Source: Blastocatellia bacterium
GTDB taxonomy: Bacteria > Acidobacteriota > Blastocatellia > UBA7656
Direction: 5' to 3'
Length of the DNA stretch: 64,000 nucleotides
Assembly: GCA_963765495.1 (NCBI GenBank)
Contig: CAVXWP010000010.1
Location: 96,001-160,000 of the forward strand
The notes beneath the pieces are model-generated. The model ran no database searches. It was given only the letters and a program-made list of their open reading frames with translations, and was not told the origin of the DNA. The first letter of the stretch is position 1. Each line of letters begins with the position of its first letter. The translations under genes were made by a program, and so were the position numbers. This document shows, one piece after another, positions 9,554-19,613 of the stretch.

Positions 9554-10225
9554 TTTTTTCTTTGATTTTTCCGCCAATTGCTTTAATGCCTGCTCGGCTT
9601 CGGCGCGATCAACGGAATTGTCGCCGTTAAGATCGAGCGCTTTGAAGGTTCGCTCGTTGCCCATCTCGTCGGCGGTCAGTTTGCCGTCCTTGTTCTTGTC
9701 GTATTTGCTGAACAGATTGGTGACTTCAACGCCCCCGGTAGCCTTTGCCTGAACCTCGCTCATGGCTTGAAAGAACTGGCCCATCTCTTCCTGCGAAAGC
9801 GAGCCGTCGTGATCCTTGTCGAGCGCATCGAAGAGGTCTTGCATACGGGCGAACTCTTCACGCGATACTTTGTTGTCTTTGTCGGCATCCAGAAACTGGC
9901 TGAGTCTTTCGCCTAATCGAGCGCCGCCGCCACCGCCTCCAAAACGTTCGCGCATATGGTTCCATTCGGTCTCGTCTATGCCTCCGTCCTTGTTTTCATC
10001 CAGACGGTCGAAAATCTGCGGCGGCATCTGGGGAGGCATTTCATCGCGGCTGATCTTCTTATCCTTGTTCTTGTCGAGGTCGGCAAAGCTCGGCATCTGA
10101 AAGTTGCCTCTTACTCGCGGGCCTCCACCCTCTCCGCCCGGAGGCGGTCCATCCTGAGCGGAGGCAATGCTTGACGCGCCTCCCATCACCATTGTCACTA
10201 TCAGCAACCCAAAAAACTTCTTCAT
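9548..10225 (-). CDS. Secreted multi-EF-hand protein
   Basis: Signal peptide; six loops DKNKDKKISRDE, DENKDGGIDETE, DADKDNKVSREE, DKDHDGSLSQEE, DKNKDGKLTADE, DLNGDNSVDRAE; SD GGAGG. Confidence 0.88.
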   Translation of the reverse strand: MKKFFGLLIVTMVMGGASSIASAQDGPPPGGEGGGPRVRGNFQMPSFADLDKNKDKKISRDEMPPQMPPQIFDRLDENKDGGIDETEWNHMRERFGGGGGGARLGERLSQFLDADKDNKVSREEFARMQDLFDALDKDHDGSLSQEEMGQFFQAMSEVQAKATGGVEVTNLFSKYDKNKDGKLTADEMGNERTFKALDLNGDNSVDRAEAEQALKQLAEKSKKKQ

Positions 10226-10289
10226 TGATCCCTCCGAGGACGAGTGGAGCCGTCCTGCTAAAATCTCAAATTGTCAAAATCTCAAATTG

Positions 10290-13160
10290 TCAAAACCTGA
10301 AACTCATCACAGCCTCTATGCTTCGCGCGCCCGAAGCGCGGTTGGCAGTCCCGAAGAAAGGAGACGTAAGCACGCCGTTATAGCCTCCAAGATTCGGGTG
10401 ATTGAGGATGTTATTCACATTGAGTCCGATTGAAAAGTTGTACTTGTGACGATCATCGCCGCCAAAGAAACCGCCGCCGCCGCCTCGACCGCCGCCAAAT
10501 CCACCCCGACCGCCGCCGCCGCGTCCGCCGCCACCAAAGCCGCCCTGCCCGCCGCTTGCCGGAACAGTGCCGAATCCGAATGTCTTTGCAAAATTCATGT
10601 TGACGCTTACCGTTGCCGGCCCGTTGCCGTAGTTGCGAGGAATGATCTGATCTCCCGGTCCGGGGTTCGGATTGAATACGCCAAAACGCGTGACAATGGC
10701 ATCGGGGTCACCCGGGCTGGCAAAGGCGGGTCGGTCGGTAAAGCTCGTGTCGCCGTTATTGTCGCGCCCCGTAGTGATGTTGAAAGGACGCCCGGATGCA
10801 AAGCGGCTGAATGAGCTTATGCGGATGCTCCAGGGCAGATTCACAGAGCCGCCTACAAAAAATTGATGACGCGCATCCAGACTCGAACGCCCGTACTCGT
10901 TCGCCAGATCGTAAGGGTTCGCAGGCACGCTGTAGGCGCTGTCGGTATCGCTGTGCGTCGAAGAAAGCGAGTAGTTGGTAAAGAGAGAAAACTTGCCCCT
11001 GACATTTGCCCGCAACATCACCCTGAGTTCTTGCCGGTTCGAAAGCCCTGTGGATTCGAACTGGTATATAGGACCTTCGCCGGGGAAAGGAAACACCCGT
11101 TCTCCGTCCGTCTCCAAAAACGGCGAGTTGATGTTTCGCGTGCGAAGCAGATGCACTCCGCGCTGCCGCGTATAGATGGCAGTCGCAAACATATTCTTTG
11201 GCAATTGCCGCTCGTAGCTCACGGTCGAGATGACCGAATAAGGCTGTTTTAGGTCTTCGGCTTCGGTGCGAATGGTGGGCCGAAGCGCGACCGCCCCGCT
11301 GAACGCGGACGGGATGTCAGGGAAAAACGCCGGTTGCTGAATGATGTACTGCAACTGGTGCTGCCCGTCGTATTTGATCGTGTCGAAAGTGATGCCGTCG
11401 TCTATGAAGTTATAAAAGACACCGGCACCGGCGCGGATTGTGTTCTTGCGCTTTTTGTCGAGCACCCAGGCGAGACCCGCGCGAGGCGCAAGATTCAACT
11501 TGTCTCCGAGGTGGGTTTGAAATTCCTGACGCACACCAAAAGAGAACGTCATTCGGTCGGAAATCTTCCAGTCGTCCTGCGCAAACAGGCCCGTCTCCCA
11601 CTGGTTGAAACCCACAAACGGGTCGCCCTGAACTATTGAAAATTGCGAGGGGCGGTAGCCGGGCTCTCCGAGAAGCGTACGGCGATAGTGTTCGAGCGCC
11701 GAGATGCCGATAGAATTGCCTCTGGAATCGAGAATGACCGCGCCCGTAGCATCTCGCTCAAAATCGGTTCCGAACGTAAAGGTGCCGCCGAAATTCGAGC
11801 GATCAAGATTCCTGCGCTGTAGCGACTCGGCGCGAATCCCGGCCTTGATCGTATGTTTCTTTGACGTGAAGGTCAGATTGTCGGTGAACTCAAGCTCATT
11901 GTTTCTGTTATTCAAAAACAGCGAGCCCTGATTGCCGCCCGAGTTAAATGCATCGAGCACGTTTATGGCGGTCTCATCGCTAAGGGCGAGGGTATCTATC
12001 GTGCCGCGGCTCAGTTGCAGGCGCGCTTCGTTGACCGCTCGCTCGCTTGCTATCGTAGTGAGCGAGAATCGCACGGTGTCTTCGCGTGACGACCGCGTGA
12101 GGCCCCGCGAAGGCAAATCGAATGCGCCCGGCAGGTTCTCTTGATCGCTTGTTGAAAACCTGTATTGCGCTCCGATGGTGTGCTTGCTCGACAGAAGATA
12201 ATCGGTGCGAAGAGAAAAATTGGTCCTGCGCGTGGGGCTCGGCACCGATGCTATAAACGGAGTAGGCTCAAGCGTCAGGGGGTCGAGTACAGTCGCATTG
12301 ACCACGTCGTTTTCATCCCACGCTCGCCGGTCGAAATCCATGAAGAATCCCATGCGTTTGCGTATGATCGGCCCGCTAAAATCAAAACTGTAAGTCCGTT
12401 TTTGCAGGGCGGCCTTTGAGGGCGCGAAAGCGTCTCTGGCATTCAGGGATTCATCATTGAAGTTGAATCGCAGGCTGCCGTGAAAATCATCCGTACCCGG
12501 CTTGGTGATGATCTCGATCCGGCGAAAGCCGACTTCGGAAAACTCGGCGGCAAACGGGTTTGCGTTTATGCGAATCATCTGGATCGCTTCTTTCGGCGGG
12601 ATGCGACCCCGCTCGCGGAACCCGCCTACGTATACGGCCGCGTCATCGCCGCCCCCGGCAGCGCCCGCCATCTGGCGAAGCGTGTCGAGCAACTCATCCG
12701 GGTCATCGGGCAAAGCCTCTATGTCGGCGGGCGTAAGCGTGATGGCCGAGAGGTTATTGTCGGGGTCGGCAGAGATGCCCGGCGAATCCGTCGTCACATC
12801 GGTCTGCTCTTCGATAAAGACTTTGAGTTGAGCATCGAGCGTGATTGATTGCTTCTTCGTGGCATCGACCTGCTCGCTGAAGGGGGCAAACCCTTCGACC
12901 TCTACAGTAAGGGTGTATAAACCGGGGACGACGCGAGTGAACCGATAACGTCCCTGTTCATCGGTCTGGCCCGCATAATGGTGCCCCTTGCCGTCATCCA
13001 TAACTATCGGCGCTGCGGGTATAAACGCCCCGGTTTCGTCGGTTACAAGACCTCGCACCTCGGCCGTTCCCTGACCGTAAGCCATAGAGGAGCCAGCCAG
13101 ACTGCCAAAATTAATCAGCATCAAAAATGCGCTGAGAGATACAGCTATCAGTTTTTTCAT
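10290..13160 (-). CDS. TonB-dependent receptor-like outer-membrane protein with N-terminal carboxypeptidase-regulatory-like domain (Oar-like)
   Basis: Signal peptide; 'VRGLVTDETGA.IP.A..TDEQGRYRF..V.PG.Y.L.V...GF'; 'FAQDDWK'; ends in aromatic residue (SFRF). Confidence 0.85.
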   Translation of the reverse strand: MKKLIAVSLSAFLMLINFGSLAGSSMAYGQGTAEVRGLVTDETGAFIPAAPIVMDDGKGHHYAGQTDEQGRYRFTRVVPGLYTLTVEVEGFAPFSEQVDATKKQSITLDAQLKVFIEEQTDVTTDSPGISADPDNNLSAITLTPADIEALPDDPDELLDTLRQMAGAAGGGDDAAVYVGGFRERGRIPPKEAIQMIRINANPFAAEFSEVGFRRIEIITKPGTDDFHGSLRFNFNDESLNARDAFAPSKAALQKRTYSFDFSGPIIRKRMGFFMDFDRRAWDENDVVNATVLDPLTLEPTPFIASVPSPTRRTNFSLRTDYLLSSKHTIGAQYRFSTSDQENLPGAFDLPSRGLTRSSREDTVRFSLTTIASERAVNEARLQLSRGTIDTLALSDETAINVLDAFNSGGNQGSLFLNNRNNELEFTDNLTFTSKKHTIKAGIRAESLQRRNLDRSNFGGTFTFGTDFERDATGAVILDSRGNSIGISALEHYRRTLLGEPGYRPSQFSIVQGDPFVGFNQWETGLFAQDDWKISDRMTFSFGVRQEFQTHLGDKLNLAPRAGLAWVLDKKRKNTIRAGAGVFYNFIDDGITFDTIKYDGQHQLQYIIQQPAFFPDIPSAFSGAVALRPTIRTEAEDLKQPYSVISTVSYERQLPKNMFATAIYTRQRGVHLLRTRNINSPFLETDGERVFPFPGEGPIYQFESTGLSNRQELRVMLRANVRGKFSLFTNYSLSSTHSDTDSAYSVPANPYDLANEYGRSSLDARHQFFVGGSVNLPWSIRISSFSRFASGRPFNITTGRDNNGDTSFTDRPAFASPGDPDAIVTRFGVFNPNPGPGDQIIPRNYGNGPATVSVNMNFAKTFGFGTVPASGGQGGFGGGGRGGGGRGGFGGGRGGGGGFFGGDDRHKYNFSIGLNVNNILNHPNLGGYNGVLTSPFFGTANRASGARSIEAVMSFRF

Positions 13161-13244
13161 TATATATACTTCCCGAGCTAAATTAAGAACCCCGTTCCAC
13201 TGGTTACTCGCAAGCGATGAACGGGTCAGCTTGCTTTAGACGCT

Positions 13245-13658
13245 TTACCTCTTATTTTTGTCGTTGAATTGTTCGCGCCTGCGGTCGCTTTCGCGGACAA
13301 GCTCTTCGAACTCAGGCAATTGTTCGGGGGAAAGTGCAGCACGCATGCGATCTCTGCCCTGCTGGCGCACTACGTCAATACGCGGTTCTATATCTTTTCG
13401 GATATCTGCGTACTTGTCGAAGGTTTCATCTAGTATGCCCTTGATCTGGTCTCGCTGATCGGGGGTGAGTTTGAGACGGGTAGTCATCTTTTCGATGATG
13501 TAATCCTGTGGCTTGTGGTTATGCTCTTCGCGCGACGGATCGGAAGTGGTTATGCCGGAATAGAGGTTCATGGCCAGCGCGCCGGCCAAAAAACCTATTG
13601 CGAATACTGCAAGCACGATCAAGCGCGCTTTGGTTTGACTTCTGGTATTACTTTCCAT
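13245..13658 (-). CDS. Membrane-anchored Spy/CpxP-like periplasmic helical protein
   Basis: N-terminal TM; LKLTPDQ and LSPEQ (LTxxQ) motifs; start overlaps the anti-sigma stop region. Confidence 0.7.
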   Translation of the reverse strand: MESNTRSQTKARLIVLAVFAIGFLAGALAMNLYSGITTSDPSREEHNHKPQDYIIEKMTTRLKLTPDQRDQIKGILDETFDKYADIRKDIEPRIDVVRQQGRDRMRAALSPEQLPEFEELVRESDRRREQFNDKNKR

Positions 13659-14217
13659 TCTCAGTTTCCTCCACCGCCACCAGTGTTTCCAGGACATCAT
13701 CGGGTGTCGGTCGGGATAAATCATAAACATCGTTGAATATCACACGCTCGCTCGGGCGAATAGCCATCTCGCCGTTTCGTGGGGTGGCGGCGCTCCAGAG
13801 CAATGACGCGCCTATTATCAAAAGAAGCAATACGGCCATAATTGGTATAAGCTGCCGCGCCGCCACCATCACCACAGACGCCCAGGGTTCGTCTGCGCCA
13901 CTGCTGATACCGAAGCGAGACGCCCACCCGGGTCCGCGATTGATTCTGGCCCGAAGCGCGATAAAGAAATCCTCGCCCGGCTCAACCGGGTGATCGGCTC
14001 CCGCGCGATCAAGCACCACCTGCGTAAAAGCAAATATTCGATACTCACGCGAGCATCTCTCGCACGATTGAACATGGCGCTCAAGAACGGAGGGCTCAAG
14101 AACGGGGCGCTCCGCGCTTGAGCGCCCTTCACCGGTCGCGTCTTCCGACAAGCGCGAGAACTGCTTGCGCGCTTGTCGGCAACTGATTGTCACCCCGCCA
14201 CGGGTTCGATTCTTCAT
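13648..14217 (-). CDS. Zinc-finger (zf-HC2) anti-sigma factor
   Basis: C..HVQSCERC (HxxxCxxC) plus single TM; ATGA overlap with the sigma gene. Confidence 0.8.
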   Translation of the reverse strand: MKNRTRGGVTISCRQARKQFSRLSEDATGEGRSSAERPVLEPSVLERHVQSCERCSREYRIFAFTQVVLDRAGADHPVEPGEDFFIALRARINRGPGWASRFGISSGADEPWASVVMVAARQLIPIMAVLLLLIIGASLLWSAATPRNGEMAIRPSERVIFNDVYDLSRPTPDDVLETLVAVEETENGK

Positions 14218-14957
14218 TTCATATTCCTCTGTTTGCGTTCGGCGCTCATAATCAGCCGCTTCATCGCCGCTCGCAAAGTCCTTCGTGCCCGAAAGGCCCT
14301 CACCTTGATTTTGGAATGACCCCACCCGGTCATCTCGGAAATTTCGCCTACAGAATACCCATCCCTGTCCATCAGCACAATCACCAGCCTGTCTTCGGGC
14401 TCAAGCTTTTCGAGCAATCTCTCGGCAATATCTGCCGATTCGCGCTGCCGTTCGGCGCTCGCGTGCCGATCAAAAGCCGCCTCTAGCATTTGAAGTTCGA
14501 GCCATTCGCCCTCGTTTTCTGCGCCCTCTGGCATGTGATACTCAGCCCGGCGGCGCTGCGCTCTCAATTGATCGTAGCACGCATTTACCGCGATCTTTGC
14601 AACCCAGGCTTCGAAAGAACGCCCAAGCGTAAAGGTCGCAAGCGAAAAATAGGCCCTGGCAAAAACCTCCTGCGCGATGTCTTCGATCATGTCGCGGCGG
14701 CGAAAAAAGCTGCCGATTATATTGAAGACTCGCGGGCTGTAACGGCGAACCAGAACCTCGTAACTGTACTGGTCTCCGGCCAGGCTCTGGCGGATCAAAT
14801 CATCTTCGCCCGCCTTGCCGGTTACTGCTCGCAGGTCCGATTCCTCTTCAATCGCCAGGGGCTCGGCATCGGCGCCAGCCGAAACTTCAGCCTGGGCGCG
14901 CGGAGCCGCACCTTGCGCGATGAGGTTATTTGACTGACTCTTACGGTCGCCTGGCAA
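14214..14957 (-). CDS. ECF RNA polymerase sigma factor
   Basis: Region 2 'EDIAQEVF..F.AW..KIAVN.CYD..R'; region 4 'GYSVGEISEMTGW..SKIKVRAFRAR'; SD AGGAGG before TTG. Confidence 0.92.
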   Translation of the reverse strand: MPGDRKSQSNNLIAQGAAPRAQAEVSAGADAEPLAIEEESDLRAVTGKAGEDDLIRQSLAGDQYSYEVLVRRYSPRVFNIIGSFFRRRDMIEDIAQEVFARAYFSLATFTLGRSFEAWVAKIAVNACYDQLRAQRRRAEYHMPEGAENEGEWLELQMLEAAFDRHASAERQRESADIAERLLEKLEPEDRLVIVLMDRDGYSVGEISEMTGWGHSKIKVRAFRARRTLRAAMKRLIMSAERKQRNMK

Positions 14958-15187
14958 AAGCCTCCTGATCTCCTAGCGCCTTCCCTCTACAGGCGCTAAC
15001 TCGGCTGATCTCGCTTTCATCCTAAAAAATCCACCCCTTGTAAGTTAACCTCTGACGGGCTTTTACATCAAACCGTATCAGTTAAGCGGCACGCGATTGT
15101 ATTGACAAAGAACCATTCCGGATCATCAACCCGGCCCGGATTCGCGGCTATAAGGCGCGGACCCGGCTTGGTGGCCACATTGCTAAA

Positions 15188-15213
15188 GACGATGGAAGGA
15201 GATCGACGGTTAC
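15188..15213 (-). promoter_or_regulatory. Putative ECF-type (autoregulatory) promoter
   Basis: Minus strand GTAACC-16 nt-CGTC upstream of the sigma gene, matching the general ECF AAC/CGT pattern. Confidence 0.5.
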
Positions 15214-15238
15214 GAAAATTCCTTGGGTGATTCGTAAA

Positions 15239-15322
15239 GAGTGATGCGTGATGCGTGATTTTCGAGCAAGCATTCCGTTTAAGCTGCCTTACAAGCCTGT
15301 TATATCACGAATCACGCATCAC
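15239..15322. repeat. Heptamer inverted-arm element (GTGATGC)n ... (ATCACGn)n
   Basis: GTGATGCGTGATGCGTGAT and ATCACGAATCACGCATCAC. Confidence 0.75.
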
Positions 15323-15490
15323 CCAAGAAACTCCGCCGCGATGCGATTACACTCAGCGGCAGCGGCGCTTTCATTGTGAGGGCTTGTGATTTGCGATCAA
15401 GAGCCGCTCGATTTTCCCACGCCGCCTATTCTCAGGAAAAGCTTCGCACGCATAAAGAGCTTACTGAGAATCAACTGGCCTCGGATTATT

Positions 15491-15544
15491 CTGAAAAAAA
15501 CTTCATCTCATTTTCATAAAGCTTTAAGTCTGAAAGTGTATCTT
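15491..15544 (+). promoter_or_regulatory. Putative OmpR/PhoB-type activator site plus -10 element upstream of actA1
   Basis: A-tract then TTCATCT/TTCATAA/TTAAGTC at 11-bp period (15502, 15513, 15524) and TATCTT at 15539; near-identical architecture at 36538-36590. Confidence 0.65.
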
Positions 15545-15722
15545 TACAGGCAGACCAGATTATCTGGCGGAGACGAAACGGGAGATGAATGGGCGCTCGG
15601 AATATTCCCGTTCCAGGCCAGAGGTTGCCCGCTCGATCTCAGCCCCCGATTATGAGGGCCGTTGACTGAGCCTCGCTGCCTGTTCATCGTTTCGCCGATC
15701 CGGGTCAGACAGAATCGCCACA

Positions 15723-16382
15723 ATGCATCGAACATCCCATCGTAGCACGAATACGATTGCCCGTGTGACTATCTATGGCGCGGTCTTTCTGCTCGCCTTT
15801 ATTGCCTGGGCGACCTACACCATAGGCATTTCGCCATACATTACCGAAGTGGGCGTGCCGCGGCCACAGCCTGTGCCTTTCAGCCACAAACACCACGCAG
15901 GGCAACTCGGCATTGATTGCCGCTATTGCCACGCGACGGTCGAGACATCCGCCTTTGCCGGGATGCCGCCTACCTCTACCTGCATGAATTGCCATTCGCA
16001 GATATGGACCGGCAGCCCCTTGCTCGAACCCGTGCGAGAGAGTTACCGCACCGGAAAACCGCTTATCTGGACCAGGGTCTACAACCTCCCACAGTTCGCC
16101 TATTTCGATCACAGCATTCATATCCACAAAGGCGTAGGCTGCGCGACCTGCCACGGGCGGATGGACCAGATGCCGCTGACTTGGCAGGCAAGCCCTATGT
16201 TGATGCAGTGGTGTCTGGAGTGTCACCGCGACCCGGCGCGATTCGTCAGGCCGCGCGAAGAAGTATTCAATATGGACTGGCAGGCTCCGAAAAACAGGTC
16301 CGACCTCGGACGGGAGCTTATCAAACTCTACAACATCAAGGACACACGCAGGCTGACCGATTGCTCTACGTGTCACAGATAG
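15723..16382 (+). CDS. actA: Alternative complex III pentaheme cytochrome c subunit (copy 1)
   Basis: N-terminal TM; five CxxCH (CRYCH, CMNCH, CATCH, CLECH, CSTCH); QPVPFSHKHH. Confidence 0.93.
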   Translation: MHRTSHRSTNTIARVTIYGAVFLLAFIAWATYTIGISPYITEVGVPRPQPVPFSHKHHAGQLGIDCRYCHATVETSAFAGMPPTSTCMNCHSQIWTGSPLLEPVRESYRTGKPLIWTRVYNLPQFAYFDHSIHIHKGVGCATCHGRMDQMPLTWQASPMLMQWCLECHRDPARFVRPREEVFNMDWQAPKNRSDLGRELIKLYNIKDTRRLTDCSTCHR

Positions 16383-16399
16383 AGAGAACGGATTGCAGG

Positions 16400-19300
16400 G
16401 TGAAGCAAGATCCACACACTACCTTGATCGAAGAGGGGCGCAGGCTCTGGCAGAGCCTTGAGGAACTCGCAGAAAGAGAGGAATCTGCCGGAACGCGCAG
16501 CCACAGGTCGGGTAACCAGACCGCGATGCTTGAGAACGCGCTCGACCGACGGGATTTCTTGAAATTGATGAGCGCGTCGCTTGCGCTTGCCGGATTAACG
16601 GGCTGCGCCGCGAGGCAGCCTATTGGAAAGATCGCGCCCTACGTGCGCCAGCCCGAAGAGATTATCCCCGGCAAGCCGCTCTTTTATGCGACCGCGATGA
16701 CGCTCGGCGGGTACGCTTCGGGGCTTGTCGTAGAGACTCACGAAGGGCGTCCTACCAAGATAGAAGGCAACCCCGACCATCCCGCGAGCCTCGGCGCTAC
16801 GGATGTCTTTGCGCAGGCTTCGGTGCTGTCGCTTTACGATCCTGACCGCTCGCAATCGGCAATGCACAACGGACAGATAACGACATGGGATGATTTCTTC
16901 CGCGAGATGCTGAAAGAGATTCCCAGCATCGCCGCGCGACAGGGCGAGGGTTTGCGATTCCTCACCGAGACCACAACATCGCCGACTCTCGCTCGTCTGA
17001 TACAGACAATTTCGGAGAGGCTCCCGAAAACAATCTGGCATCAATACGACGCGGCAGCGCGCGATAACGAGCGAGAGGGCGGGCGGCTGGCTCTAGGCCG
17101 ATACGTGCAGACCATCTACCACTTTGACAGGGCCGATGTGGTTCTCGCACTGGATGCCGACTTTTTTTCAATCGAAGGCGCAGGCACACGTTATGCGCGC
17201 GACTTTATCTCGAAGCGGCGAGTGCGCGTGGGTAAGACCGATATGAATCGACTCTACGCCGTGGAGTGCACGCCTACAAACACCGGAACGATGGCCGATC
17301 ATCGCCTGCCGATAAAGGCAGGCCGGATAGAAGCCTTCGCTCGCGCAGTTGCCTCCGCGATAGGAGCCGCGCCTGAACAGACGAGCCCGACGCCTTCCGA
17401 TATAGATCACGCGGAATGGATCAACGCGCTTGCGCGAGACCTGACCGCCCATCGCGGCTCGACGATAATCATAGCGGGCAACAGCCAGCCGCCCTCGGTT
17501 CACGCGATGGTTCACGCTATGAATCGGGCGCTCGGCAATGTGGGAAACACATTGAGCTATATCGATCCGGTCGAGGTCAATCCAACCAATCAACTCGAAT
17601 CGCTCCTCCGCCTTATTCAGGATATGGAAGCGGGCACAGTCGAAGAGCTTATTATCTCGGGCGGCAATCCTGCGCTGACGGCCCCGGCTGATTTCCCTTT
17701 TGCCGAGTGCTTGAAGAAGGTCAGATTGAGCGTTCACCACAACCTCTACTTTGACGAAACATCGGCGCTCTGCCAGTGGCACATTCCCGAGGCTCACTAC
17801 CTTGAATCGTGGGGCGACGCTCGCGCGTATGACGGCACGATCAGCATTATTCAGCCGATGATAACGCCTCTTTTTGGAGGCAAGACTACCGGCGAACTTC
17901 TGACCATTTTTACCGACAACCCGTATCGCTCAGGTTACGATCTCGTGCGTGAATACTGGAAGAAGACGGGACCCCAGGTACCAGCTATTCAAATGGAGCC
18001 GGCAGCCGCAACAGAGCAAAAAGAGAATAGACAGAAAGCCGCGCAATCGAATCCTCCACCCGATTCCCAAACAAATAAGGGTGCGACCTCCGAAGCGCAG
18101 ACCGCTCAGACACAGGCTCCATCGGCAGAGTTTGAAAAGTGGTGGCGCGAAACGTTGCGGCTCGGGATGATTTCCGGCACGGCGCATCAGACAGCGCCCG
18201 GCTCCACCGAAACAAACAATGCTCAATCAGTCTCCGCTCAATCAGTCAATGCTCGATCAAACAATAGCCCTTCCCAGTCAACATCATTAGATCAATCCTC
18301 GGCGGCAGACCGGCCTTCAGGGCTTGAGATAGTATTTCGGACCGATCCTTCGATATATGACGGGCGCTTTGCCAACAACGGATGGCTTCAAGAACTTCCC
18401 AAACCGCTGACCAGACTCGCATGGGACAACGCCGCACTCATAAGCCCTGCAACGGCCAAACGATTCGATCTCTCATCCGAGGTCAATGCTCACGGAGGGG
18501 CGCACGGAGGCTCGATCACCGATGTGATCGAGTTGCACTTTCAAGGCCGCAGCCTTCGCGCCCCCGTGTGGATCGTGCCGGGACACGCCGATGATTCGGT
18601 GACGGTTTATCTGGGCTATGGTCGAACGCAGGCGGGGAGCATCGGGACCGGACTGGGGTTCAACGCCTATTCGCTTCGCACTTCGGATGCGCAATGGTTT
18701 TCAGACGGGCTTGAAATCAGCAAGACGGGCGAGCGATACGAAATCGTCTGCGTTCAGGCTCATCATCAGATGGAAGGGCGCGAGCCTGTGCGCTCGATCA
18801 CCATCCGCGAGTATCTGGAACACCCCACGCAAGAGAAGGCAGAAGAAGAGTCGAAAAGATACCTCACGCTTTATCCCGAATGGAAATACGACGGCTATGC
18901 CTGGGGCATGTCGATAGACACGGGCTCGTGCATAGGCTGCAATGCGTGCGTCATCGCCTGTCAGGCCGAAAACAACATCCCCATAGTGGGCAAGTCGGAA
19001 GTCCTCCGGGCGCGCGAGATGCACTGGCTGCGAATTGATCGCTACTACAAGGGCGACCCTGCAAATCCCGAAGTGCTGAATCAGCCCGTGCTGTGCATGC
19101 ATTGTGAAAAGGCTCCGTGCGAACTGGTCTGCCCCGTTGAAGCGACTTCTCACAGCAGCGAAGGCTTAAACGAGATGACATACAATCGCTGCGTAGGCAC
19201 GCGGTACTGCTCAAACAACTGCCCGTACAAAGTGCGCCGCTTCAACTTCTTCGAATATGCCGCTTATGACACGCCGTTCGTGCAGCTTCAAATGAACCCG

Positions 19301-19609
19301 GATGTGACGGTCCGGTCTCGCGGCGTGATGGAAAAATGCACCTACTGCCTTCAGCGAATAAACACGGCGAAGATAGCGGCAGAAAGAGAAGACCGGACGG
19401 TGCGCGACGGCGAGATAGTTACCGCCTGTCAGGCGGCCTGTCCTGCCGAAGCCATCACGTTCGGGGATAAGAATGACCCGAACTCTCACGTGGCAAGGCT
19501 CAAGGCCGAGCCGACCGATTATGGCTTGCTCGCCGAATTGAACACGCAACCTAGAACAACCTATTTGATGACGGTGCGAAACCCTAACCCTGAAATCGAA
19601 ACGGAGTAA
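16400..19609 (+). CDS. actB: ACIII molybdopterin-oxidoreductase-like / Fe-S subunit (copy 1)
   Basis: GTG start at 16400; WQSLEEL; Tat motif DRRDFLK; GRPTKIEGNPDHP; Fe-S motifs CIGCNACVIAC, CMHC..APC..VCP, CVGTRYCSNNCPY, EKCTYC. Confidence 0.93.
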   Translation: MKQDPHTTLIEEGRRLWQSLEELAEREESAGTRSHRSGNQTAMLENALDRRDFLKLMSASLALAGLTGCAARQPIGKIAPYVRQPEEIIPGKPLFYATAMTLGGYASGLVVETHEGRPTKIEGNPDHPASLGATDVFAQASVLSLYDPDRSQSAMHNGQITTWDDFFREMLKEIPSIAARQGEGLRFLTETTTSPTLARLIQTISERLPKTIWHQYDAAARDNEREGGRLALGRYVQTIYHFDRADVVLALDADFFSIEGAGTRYARDFISKRRVRVGKTDMNRLYAVECTPTNTGTMADHRLPIKAGRIEAFARAVASAIGAAPEQTSPTPSDIDHAEWINALARDLTAHRGSTIIIAGNSQPPSVHAMVHAMNRALGNVGNTLSYIDPVEVNPTNQLESLLRLIQDMEAGTVEELIISGGNPALTAPADFPFAECLKKVRLSVHHNLYFDETSALCQWHIPEAHYLESWGDARAYDGTISIIQPMITPLFGGKTTGELLTIFTDNPYRSGYDLVREYWKKTGPQVPAIQMEPAAATEQKENRQKAAQSNPPPDSQTNKGATSEAQTAQTQAPSAEFEKWWRETLRLGMISGTAHQTAPGSTETNNAQSVSAQSVNARSNNSPSQSTSLDQSSAADRPSGLEIVFRTDPSIYDGRFANNGWLQELPKPLTRLAWDNAALISPATAKRFDLSSEVNAHGGAHGGSITDVIELHFQGRSLRAPVWIVPGHADDSVTVYLGYGRTQAGSIGTGLGFNAYSLRTSDAQWFSDGLEISKTGERYEIVCVQAHHQMEGREPVRSITIREYLEHPTQEKAEEESKRYLTLYPEWKYDGYAWGMSIDTGSCIGCNACVIACQAENNIPIVGKSEVLRAREMHWLRIDRYYKGDPANPEVLNQPVLCMHCEKAPCELVCPVEATSHSSEGLNEMTYNRCVGTRYCSNNCPYKVRRFNFFEYAAYDTPFVQLQMNPDVTVRSRGVMEKCTYCLQRINTAKIAAEREDRTVRDGEIVTACQAACPAEAITFGDKNDPNSHVARLKAEPTDYGLLAELNTQPRTTYLMTVRNPNPEIETE

Positions 19610-19613
19610 CCGA

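Noticed and set aside
9548-10225. Lanmodulin
   Set aside because: EF loops lack the Pro at position 2 typical of lanmodulin and there are six loops
15917-16399. 161-codon upstream extension of the actB1 ORF
   Set aside because: Overlaps actA in another frame; ActB-like sequence begins after GTG 16400
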